DNA from: Oculina patagonica
Lineage: Eukaryota
Reading direction: 5' to 3'
Assembly (NCBI RefSeq): GCF_052425735.1
Contig: NC_135771.1
Span: forward strand, 3,968,001 to 4,032,000
Length of the DNA: 64,000 nt
In this document: positions 25,170-35,548 of the stretch, piece by piece
How positions within the stretch are numbered: position 1 is the first letter of the stretch
Layout of the letters: the number at the start of each line of letters is the position of its first letter
The notes under the pieces: generated by a model
The model's database searches: none
The model's input: the letters and a program-made list of their open reading frames with translations, nothing else
What the model was told of the DNA's origin: nothing
Program-made: the position numbers and the translations under genes

Positions 25170-28100
25170 TTAGTTCAAAAATATTTTCAGTTTGGGATTT
25201 TGATTCTGCGTCAGTTTCCAGAGGCGTGTGTCCCAACCAGTAAAGGTAGATGAGGTCTTCAATTCGGTATCGGTTTTTGCACCAAGTGTGTTTGTAGTAC
25301 CGTATTGCTGTTTGCCATAGCTATTGTCTATTCTGCTATAGCGATAATTATAATTTTCTCCGACTAATCCACCCACTCTGTCACTTCCTGAAACCTGTCC
25401 TATGGCATAACATTTTGTAATCGTACCCCAATTGTATCCCACTAACCCGCCAATATACTCCTTGCCTGAAACATTGCCTGTCGCATAGCTATTGTTTATT
25501 TTAACACTACCAGAATGACCACCACCACCACCACTAATGCCCACTAAGCCTCCTATGTAAATCCACCCTGAAACATTGCCTGTCGCATAGCTGCTTAGGA
25601 TCGTGCCAGTAAAGTCTCCCACCAAACCTCCTATATAAATTCTTATTCCTGAAACAGTGCCTGTCGCATGGCACCTTTGGATGGTGCCTCCATATGAAGC
25701 TCCAACCAATCCCCCAACATAGGATCGTCCAGAAACCTTTGCTGTCGCATAGCTATCAGTGATTCTACTATCTGGTTCACCATTGCCAACTAAACCTCCT
25801 ACAGAAAATTTTGTGCCTAAAACTTGTCCTGTGGCATAGCTATTGTCTATTCTGCCATAATTCCGTCCGACTAATCCACCCACTCCGCTTCCTCCTGAAA
25901 CCTGTCCTATGACAAAGCATTTTGTAATTGTACCTTGATTTCTTCCCACTAACCCGCCAATATACAACACCCCTGAAACATTGCCTGTCGCATAGCTATT
26001 GTTTATTTTAACATGGTGTCCAGAACCACTAAAGCCCACTAAGCCTCCTATGTAACGGCGCCCTAAAACATCGCCTGTCGCATAGCTGCTTAGGATCGTG
26101 CCATAATGGCCTCCCACCAAACCTCCTATTTGATTTGCTGTGCCTGTGGTTTTTCCTATTCCTGAAACAGTGCCTGTCGCATAGCAGTTTTGGATCGTGC
26201 CTTGATATAATTTTCCAACCAATCCTCCCACAGCGGATTGTCCAGAAACCTTTGCTGTCGCATAGCTATCAGTGATTCTACTATCTGTGTCACTCAAGCC
26301 AACTAAACCTCCTACGTAATCATATGTACCTAACACTTGTCCTGTAACATAGCTATTGTATATCCTGCCATAATGATGTCCAGCTAATCCTCCTATAAAT
26401 GATGTCCCCTTAACTGATACGTTTTCAAGTCTTAGGTTTTTCACTTGTCCAGTTCTTTCGATCCCCTTAAACAACCCTGTGTTACCACTCCAATGAGTCC
26501 CATTGATCTTCAAATTCAGAATCTTTTTATTGTTCCCATCCAAAATCCCTTCAAAACGTGGCAAAGGAGCAAAGTTAGCAATAGGAGATAGGTCGATGTT
26601 TTGGGTGACTATAAAATATTTGCCTGTATTGTTTTTCCATATGCCTCGTAGTTTTTGCAAGTCGACGATGCTTGCAATTTTATAAGGGTCGTGACTTGTG
26701 CCTTTCCCAGGTCCATCCGTAGCGATACTTCGGCTTGTCACAGGTTTAATGAGTGAAAGTGCTTTGGTACCAGGGGAAGAACAAGCACCGGATTTCATGG
26801 CTGCAATTTCTTGAGTGATCTGAGTTTTCTTTTGTTCAAGCTGCTGGATCTTTGCAGTACACTCCAGTTGGCTTGGGGTTGGATCAACTGCCTTTACTGA
26901 CATTCGAAGAGCTAGAAGTAATGGAAATAAGTGTGATAGATATTTTATGCCTGGTGAATAACTCTGAGTACATTTCAAATTCTTCATTTGTAACTGTCTC
27001 TTAGACAGACTGTCCAATAATCTGGTTGTATAAATTAGGGTGAATGATTTGATTATCGAACTACGAGTGCCGAACAGTTCGATTCGGGACATAAGGTGTA
27101 CAATGGTCTCATAGTGATTTTGTTATGCGCGAGAATCGAGTCTGGAAATTTTTGCGTGATTTCTTTCGATCACTTTTTCGCTAAAAGAAGTCTGACTGGG
27201 TACATGGAATAGAGGTTCGATATATTGTTGAGTCAAGAAACTGTACGTGATCAAACAGTGTGAAATCCCGATTTCTTGAACCTCATGATAACTCAAACCA
27301 AAAGTCATTCTCCCTCCTCAAACACTGTAATTTTACCCTAATTTCTCGAAATACACTCTTTTTTTTTATAAGAATAACAAAATGTTTTGTGAAACATTTG
27401 AGAAGAAAAATAAGCGATAAACAGTTTAGCACGCACAGAATTCTGTGCGTGCTAAACTGTTTATTTAAAATCTTAATATGCTAATATATTATCACACCCT
27501 AGATCACTATATAAGCCTAAACTCCGTATTATAATTTTAACTTGATAATGATGATATGGCGTCATCGAAACGTCGTTCTATTTTCCTATCGCTTATTTTT
27601 CTTCTCAAATTTTTATAAGAACCTTTTTATAAGAACGTCGAGGCTGAAAAAAGGCCAAAATTTAAGAACATCCTAAAAACGTACCCAAGGATGAAATTTG
27701 GTTAACTGACAAATTTTATTTTCCTATTTGTTGTAAGTGACAAATATATGTACGAAATGAATACATCTTCATTCCAATCCTGAACCGAGTAACCAACATT
27801 GTCATCACTCATTGTTGACGTGAACATGTACATTTAGGTTAGGAATGAATTTACTGCAATACCACTTTGTTTATAAAATTTAAAAAATAAGAACATTTAA
27901 AGATCATTATTGGCTCAAATCTTCGAAAAAGTTAAGAACGGTCATTCTCAGTCAAAAGATAAGACGTAAAAAAGAGTGTATCCAAATGTAGAGTAGAGAG
28001 AGAGAGAGAAGTATTAAAAATATATCATTCGAGCTGAATTAATGACTTCGGCACTGATGCAAAGCTGACCATAATTTGCAACAAAGATCTAAATTGACTT

Positions 28101-28439
28101 ACTTTGTCATGACTCATTGTTGACGTGAACATGTACATCTAGGTTAGGAATGAATATGCTGCGATACCACTTTGTTTTTAAAATTTAATAATAAGAACAT
28201 TTTAAGAACATTATTGACTCAAATCTTCGAAAACGTTTAGAACGTTCAGCCTCGGCCGACAAATAAGAAGTTTTTATATATAAAAAAGTGAATCCAAATG
28301 AATAGTAGGGACTGAGAGAAGTATAAAAATATATCATTTGAGCTCATTAAAATTTACCTTTGTTCTTTTTGTTCGTATCTGCCATCGCTTTCACGAAAGT
28401 CAACACAACGACTAGGAAAATAATTTCCTTTAAACGCAT
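25170..28439 (-). CDS. Secreted GLUG-repeat beta-helix protein of prokaryotic type, 2 coding exons, ~607 aa
   Basis: Exon 28439-28358 encodes MRLKEIIFLVVVLTFVKAMADTNKKNK (signal peptide) and ends at a phase-1 donor G|GTAAAT. Acceptor ttatttccattacttctag at 26912 joins in frame to exon 26911-25170. The protein has a GKGTSHDPYKI N-cap, FEGILDGNNKKILNLKI, 13 GGL(V/A)G..I.NSYATG.VSG repeats and a KTDTELK..TFTGWD..W..PKL C-cap. Confidence 0.85.
27525..27600 (+). mobile_element. Penelope-type terminal fragment with variant hammerhead-like core, inside the GLUG intron
   Basis: TTGATAA-T-GATGA-tatggcg-TCATC-GAAACGTCG at 27542-27575. Confidence 0.4.
27800..28345. repeat. Diverged tandem duplication, period ~303 bp, in the GLUG intron
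   Basis: actcattgttgacgtgaacatgtacat.taggttaggaatgaat at ~27806 and ~28112, collinear through aaaaatatatcatt.gagct. Confidence 0.8.
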
Positions 28440-31400
28440 CTTGCTTTTCTTATGGATCACAAACTTGGCTGGCTGACCTAGAATGGAGAAAAAATAACAA
28501 GTTAAAGTTGCATTTTTGTTAACAGAAGAAATAATTGTCCAGAGTTTATTTTAGATGTTTACGTGTCCAATTTTTTAAATGCAACAACTAAAAGTATCAT
28601 GTTATTCGTTTCTAATGAGAACGTCCAATTTTTAGTCTCCGCTGTCACTAGACCTTCTTCCTTTTTAAAGACTTTTACAACACAATATACAACACATTGT
28701 ATAATAACCTGAATTCTACACGCATTTTAATTGGTTCTTACTTGTGATCTATAAGAGTACAGACACATAGATGACGTCACGCGGTAGTGTGACTCGCGCC
28801 CGTGATCAGAGTTCATAGTCCAAATCAGAGTTGTCGGAAAAGTTTTTTAAACTCGCGGGGCCACAACAAAGCAAAAAAGTTAAGTCACCCTAAGTCGTTC
28901 TAAGTTGTTTTATATATAGTATAGATATTTTCTGTAACAATGCTTTATGGTGTACCATGATGATTCCCATGTACATGTATACCACAACTGTACTTAGGTC
29001 GGTCAAAAAATTGCCTTAAGTCGCTCAAAATCGCCCAAAGTCGCCTAAAATCGCCTTAAATCGCCCAAAATCGCCCGTAATTTCGGACAAAGTCGCCTTT
29101 AGTCGCCCAAAGTTACGGCGACTTTGGGTCCCAGAGTAGGCCTACAATGCAACACGTTTGGCAGTCTCCTTTCATATTTATTGCGAACATTTCGACGTCG
29201 CACGGTTTTAATTTTATCTAAAACGTACTTTGGCCGGGACAAGTACCACATTGACAGCCGACTGTTAAAAGAAAACTTTAAAACTTTTACGTCAGTGATT
29301 TACGATGACAAAGTTTCTCAAATAGTGCCTCGAAAAGAAAAAATTCAGTGATTTGGACGTAATCAAACTTTCTGTTGAGGAAAATATTTCACGAAATAGT
29401 GCCGCGAAAAGAAAAATAAACGACATTTTAATTTTAATTTGAAATGGCACTACTTTGTGAAAGATTTCTCGGACAAAGGAGAAAAAGACCGCAAGCCACG
29501 ATATGAAACTTTTGATATATCGGTTTGGTTAGTACATTTTTGTTAAAGACTGGAATATAAGCCATCGGAAGAATTGTTTGCGTGCTCCCTGCAATGCATC
29601 GTGTGTGACGTCGTTGACATTTTCCAAAAAGGCTTTTAAAGTCGTCCTTGTCAATTTAAAAAATCTATCAATCACCTAAAGAGAAAAAAATAAATTAAAA
29701 ATCAAACTTTCTGTTGAGGAAAATATTTCACGAGTATATTCGTAGACATCTAAAATTTAAGTCAAACAATCGGTCGTTTGGAGCAAGAAATGGCGATAAA
29801 CTGCCGTACGGGAGTCCTGTATGAGGGTCGCGTACGCATTTGCGCGCGGGGGGCCGCAAAAGCCTATATATTACATATTATATACACAGTATTCGACCAC
29901 TGAAAAAGGGGACATTATAAAGCGATGAAGTGACGGTTCGTGTTTGGAGTCCTTTGACTTTCAACGCACAAGCTTTAACCATGCAAATTAATTGTGGACA
30001 GGAAGCACATCTGCTACGTATGATCTGTATATTCATAGGCCGGACGACCTAGGCATCTTGTGAATATAGATCTCGCATACCTCGCACAATACTAGCCTAC
30101 ATAGCAAGTCAAGAGCAGCGGGGATGTTCCTCATAATATTTTATTGCCTATTATGCCTACAATCCAAACTTCTCTTCTTTAAAATGAGGAAACTTTGCTT
30201 ATCAAGACACGTCCAAATCACTGAAGCAACGAACTTGGTAAAAATGGTGCGTCTTCATGGGCTTCCAAATACCCTTTTTTAATCGGGCCTTCCCTTCTGG
30301 TAACAAAGCGGCTATGTTACAAGAAAGATGTGCAAGAGAATCATAACTATATGTATCTCAATAATTTTGAGACTTTTATTAAACGGGCAGACAGCTCAAG
30401 GATAAAGTGACTATGAATCCGCACGATCCACAAACAGTAACAGTTAGTGACAAATAGAAAAAAATATTAGAACATAGGCTTATTGGGAGAGAAGGGAAAA
30501 TTTTAACTACAAAAATCGATTGACCATCCATGTACATATCAAAACAGAATAGAAATATCAACAATGATTAAACTTTCGTAAAAGCGTTTTTTCGGAATGC
30601 TAGGGTTTTTTTTTGATAAACAGAGTTCAAGAAGACCCGAAAGGGGTAAAATTGCAATTGAAAAGTCTTTTCTAAACGTATATCTTACCTAATAAATCAT
30701 GAAGCGGGAAAATACCCGGGTTTCCTTACTGCCAGAATCCAAGAGGTAGAATTTTTCATTGAATTTGAAGATAAACCATTTCATTTTATTATCAAATTTA
30801 TTTTCCCTGCGGCTCACCTATGAGTGAAATATGTTTTGCAATCTTATTATTTTTTTAAACGAAATGGAACAGTTTTCAGTGAGAATTTTCCTCGTGTTCT
30901 CATTTGGCAATATCCACGAAAAAGCGAGAAACTTTATTACGTTGCTGACTCACCACAATGTAAGTTTCTTGTTTAGTTTTCCTCCTTCTTCTAAGCCTTC
31001 GTTACTGGTTAGCTCACTGTAGCAAACTGAATGTGATCGGTGGCTTTCTGTAATTTACGAGGTTGTAATTATCAAAGATAAGATATATAACTGAAACCTA
31101 TCAAGTAGGAAAATTGATTTTAAGTGCTGCTTACAACTATCAAGACTTGCTGGCGCCAGCAGAACCTGGAGACAGAGCATGCCCAGTTGCATCCATCTTG
31201 GGTGGTCATCTTAATATTTATGATAACGTGACTTTTCGCCAAGTTAAAATGGAGCAAATTTTAAATTGTTATAAAAACTTCAACTGTAAAAACAGTCTGA
31301 AAGAGTGTACATGCTATTAAACAATCATTACAGTCTTCCCTTTTAGAACTCGTTTAGGGTTAATGCAGTAAAAATGACGCTGAATTTGCAATTTTTAAAC

Positions 31401-31479
31401 AAAAGACGACAAAGACTACGAGAAAGAGATGACGAAACAGGTTTGTTATTTGTTACCTAGGAAAGTGATTGTTCAGGAG

Positions 31480-32160
31480 GAGAATGCTTTTGTCGATATT
31501 GGATCAGTTTAAAGATAACAAAACGTGACCATTTAAAAGCACTTAGTAAATGAGAAAAGCAGTTAATGTCAGCTGAAAAGACGTTTCAAGCAAACACTTT
31601 CTCTAACAGGCGAAACGCTTTATCGAAATGGCTTTTTTATGGCCCAATTGCGTGTTTACTTTCCCAATACTTTACAAATACTTTTTACGAAACAGACGTA
31701 AATTTGTATCGAAATGATTCTCATTTAGCACGCACCAACTGTTTACCCATTTAAAGTCACGAAACAAAACGCAATCAATATTCTTTATCTGACGAAAACG
31801 AGTTCTAACTAAAAACAATAAGCTGGTTGTTTGAAAAAAGTTCTTTTGAGAAACTGGGAAGATTTTTGTCATGATCACTAGAAATATTGGTTTTCAGTGA
31901 TATAGAGTCGAAGAATGCTTTTATCGACATTTGTTCAGTTTAAAGAGAACAAAACGTGACCATTTAAAAGCACTTAGTAAATGAAAAAAAAAAAACATTT
32001 AATGTCAGCTAAAAAGACGTTTCAAGCAAACACTTTCTCTAACAGGCGAAACGTTTTATCGAAATGACTTTTATATGGATGTTCACTTTGACTAGCACTT
32101 TACAAATACTTTTTACGAAATAAACGAAAATTTGTATCGAAATGATTTTCATATAGCACG
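31480..32160. repeat. Direct duplication of ~255 bp, offset ~430 bp
   Basis: gaatgctttt.tcga..ttg.tcagtttaaaga.aacaaaacgtgaccatttaaaagcacttagtaaatga...gtatcgaaatgatt at ~31482 and ~31913. Confidence 0.8.
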
Positions 32161-32757
32161 TAGTGGTAGTAATTATTTTACCGAAAAAATATGAAATAGG
32201 CGGCTAAAATGGCATTAAAGTGATATGGACAGGGACGGCGGAGCAGTTTTCCAGGTTGGGGGGGGGGGGGGGGGGGCTGACTAGTGACTTTAAGTGGGGG
32301 GGCTTAAGAGATTCTTCTCTTACTAATAATTCTTTTTTTTTTTTCGGAAAGCCCCCCAGCCCCCCCCCCCCCCGGCTCCGCCGTCCCTGATGTAAGGCTA
32401 GTTACAAATATCCAGTTTTGCCGGCGGTTGCAGAACTTCTTCGTATTTATTAAATGTAAAATATTCGCTAAGTTAAAAACTAAAGCTACAAAAAAGCAAC
32501 AGCCAGAGAGAGTATATTTTTTTTTATCAATTTTTCCTTTAAATTGGAAATAAAGTACCGGACTAACTCTGCGTATGGAAAATATCGCTCATAGTTAAAA
32601 ATATTAAACAAGGACGACAAAGACCACGATGTAGGGATTACGAAGAGGACGTAATTTCTGAGTCTCCGAAGAGGGCCAAGCCAAATGCGAACTCACTTGT
32701 AAATTTAGCGCCCTAAACATTGCCTTGAGCCATATAAAGTTGTTTTAAAGCAAAGGT

Positions 32758-33060
32758 ATGGCTGGAAAAGGAAAAGGTAAAAAGGAGAAACGAGCCAGAT
32801 CGAGAAGTTCAACCGGTGATGAACTTCGACCAAGATGGCTCTCTACAAAGCACTTGTAAAAAAAAGACGCTGAGAAAAGTGTGGAAATTGCAAGCCTAAA
32901 AGCCTTCCTCCAGGAAGCAAGAGATAATTTAAAAACTCTCAACAAAAAAGTAGTTGCCCGGGAATCTTAAATTCAGTTCACAAAAAAGGAACAAGATGAG
33001 GTTAATGGCCGTTTGGCGACGTGCGGAAAGGAGCAGATAAGACAAGATCTCGAACGAGTT
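32758..33060 (+). pseudogene. Decayed basic/coiled-coil ORF, probably a retroelement ORF1 remnant
   Basis: MAGKGKGKKEKRARSRSSTG, then a frameshift, then EIASLKAFLQEARDNLKTLNKKVVARES*IQFT; contains stop codons. Confidence 0.3.
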
Positions 33061-33780
33061 GACTTGTAAAACCGTAGACGCCCGCCCCCCATCCTTTTGT
33101 CACCCTTTATCATACATTAATTTTAAGGTAATTTTCTGACAATGAGGTGGGTAATCATTTTCCGGGGAATATTGAGTTGTTTCCTCGGGTCGGAACCCTG
33201 CGGGGACAATAAACAGCATGACGTTTCACAAGGGTTTTTTTCTTTTACCTTTTCTACCTTTTTAAGAGAATGCTCATTCACAAGGTCCACAAGATGCGCC
33301 TAGAACGCCAAGGTAAAGATATTAAGTGAATCATTCAAAGCAGAGCAAATTTTAATTAGTTTTAAACGATTTATTGAATACACATGCGTCATGGGATATT
33401 ACCATGATTATAAGAATTTCTAATAAAAGCTACAACGTAAAACACTATTTCCGTCAACAGTGGAACCCCGATATAACGATATTCCCGATATAACGATGAA
33501 TATTCTATGTCCCGGCAAAAGTTACAGTAAACTGTATGGGACGGAACCCCGATATAACGATCCTCGATATAACATTATTGGAGTTTGTTAAATCTTTACA
33601 AGGTGTTGAGGGGAAGAGAAGAAATGAAAAGGGGTAATTTAGACTTTGTGTTTATTTCAATGTATTGAGCTGGTATAGGAAAAGGTGATGAAAACTTAAA
33701 AATTAGAAAACCACATAGGAGTTTAATGGGAGAGTAAGGTTTTAGAAATGTGCTTAATTTTTTTTATGCACCCCCAAATT

Positions 33781-35141
33781 CATGCATGCATGCGGCAACT
33801 TCCCATCATAAAGCCTGATTCATGTTCAACCACTCAATAACAAATTTCTTCTTTTTCAGACATTTATTTTTCTTTAGGCCCTGTCATACACTGAAGTTTA
33901 ATGAATGGAAATGATTTAACAACTTGACTTGCTAATTATATTAACTAATCTTTCCCTTATAGCTTTATACATTTTAGGCTTTAACGTCTCAGCTTGATAT
34001 AATTTCTATTTCAGACATAAATGGAGCAAAGATACAATGCTTGTTGAATCTCATTCAAGGCCAACAACAGATCAGATACATATTTCTTATTTAGTTTTTA
34101 AAATATTAATCGATTAGTTCTTTACTAAATTTTATATTTCTCGTTTATGAAAACATTGTATGCCCTCTTTTTAAGAACGTTGAATACCCATAGATTTTGG
34201 AGAGATAATTAAAATTAAAGGTTTTTTTTAAAAACTATTTTTATGTATTCTTATGATAAAATAGATGTTATCGTAAAAATAGGATCCTTATAATCAACCA
34301 TAATTGTTATTTTTAACTACTTATAAAATCAAATTGTTTTTTATGCCATAACAAGCAACATAATTTCTACACCCATGTATCGTACCTTATATATCTTATA
34401 TATATTTTGTTTTCTAGAGGCCTTTTTTATCGCTTAGCAGGTTATCCCCCAATGTGCCAATATTAGTTCAAAAATATTTTCAGTTTGGGATATTGATTCT
34501 GCGTCAGTTTCCAGAGGCGTGTGTCCCAACCAGTAAAGGTAGATGGGGTCTTCAATTCAGTATCGGTTTTTGCACCAAGTGTGTTTGTAGTACCGTATTG
34601 CTGTTTGCCATAGCTATTGTCTATTCTGCTATAGCGATAATTATAATTTTCTCCGACTAATCCACCCACTTTGTCACTTCCTGAAACCTGTCCTATGGCA
34701 TAACATTTTGTAATCGTACCCCAATTGTATCCCACTAACCCGCCAATATACTCCTTGCCTGAAACATTGCCTGTCGCATAGCTATTGTTTATTTTAACAC
34801 TACCAGAATGACCACCACCACCACCACTAATGCCCACTAAGCCTCCTATGTAAATCCACCCTGAAACATTGCCTGTCGCATAGCTGCTTAGGATCGTGCC
34901 AGTAAAGTCTCCCACCAAACCTCCTATATAAATTCTTATTCCTGAAACAGTGCCTGTCGCATGGCACCTTTGGATGGTGCCTCCATATGAAGCTCCAACC
35001 AATCCCCCCACATAGGATCGCCCAGAAACCTTTGCTGTCGCATAGCTATCAGTGATTCTACTATCTGAGGAACTCGTGCCAACTAAACCTCCTACAGAAA
35101 ATTTTGTGCCTAAAACTTGTCCTGTGGCATAGCTATTGTCT
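33781..35141. repeat. Segmental duplicate of 24501-25850 (GLUG 3' CDS plus 3' flank)
   Basis: Near-identical and collinear from atgcatgcatgcggcaacttccc to gcatagctattgtcta, same orientation. Confidence 0.95.
34463..35141 (-). pseudogene. 5'-truncated second copy of the GLUG gene, open frame but no start
   Basis: In-frame DNSYATGQVLGTKFSVGGLVGTSSSDSR...PKLKIFLN*; homology stops abruptly at 35141 against a GC-rich, MITE-like fragment. Confidence 0.8.
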
Positions 35142-35250
35142 ACGCGACGCGACGCGCGAGGGTGTCTCGGCCTCGCGTGTCGCGTTTTGTTAAGCGAGAT
35201 GATTTTTTCCCCTGAGGAAAAAAAAACTTAGGGACTACTCCAGTCTCGTC

Positions 35251-35528
35251 ACATTTCAGATAGTGGAAGTACTTTAAAACTATTGCGCACAATGTTTCAG
35301 ATAGTGGACACAAGTTGAAAGACACTTTAAATGCTAAAAGTTAAATTGCGCACACTGTTCCGAGTGTTCCGGACAGTGGAAACACGTTGAAAGACAGTGA
35401 AAATGCTTAAAAGTATTGCGCACAATGTTTCAGATAGTGGACATACGTTGAAAGACAGTAGAACTGCTTAAAATTACTGCGCACATTGTTTCAGATAATG
35501 GACACGCGTTAAAAAACACTGGACATCT
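35251..35528. repeat. Minisatellite, ~61-bp unit, about 4 copies
   Basis: ttaaaa.tattgcgcacaatgtttcagatagtggacac.cgttgaaagaca at ~35274, 35341, 35407 and 35468. Confidence 0.85.
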
Positions 35529-35548
35529 TTGTGCGTAATGATTTATAC

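Noticed and set aside
26912-27092. ORF-track N-terminus of the 640-aa GLUG ORF (MSRIELFG... or MKNLKC...)
   Set aside because: The apparent hydrophobic stretch LFPLLLA is the polypyrimidine tract and acceptor; a better signal-peptide exon splices in frame at 26911. An unspliced start is not formally excluded.
25170-27092. Bacterial contaminant or prophage island
   Set aside because: It is a single gene with no operon neighbours, has spliceosomal splice signals, is surrounded by host repeats and is duplicated locally with its non-coding flank.
32758-32860. H2A pseudogene (MAGKGKGK...RSRSS)
   Set aside because: Similarity is limited to a basic N-terminus; no histone fold or stem-loop follows.
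33757-35141. Second GLUG copy as a retrocopy
   Set aside because: No clear poly(A) tail or TSD at the boundary, and homology continues in collinear non-coding blocks beyond the poly(A) signal, which favours a DNA-level duplication.
35251-35528. CRISPR-like array
   Set aside because: The whole unit is repeated with no unique spacers, there are no cas genes, and the context is eukaryotic: an ordinary minisatellite.
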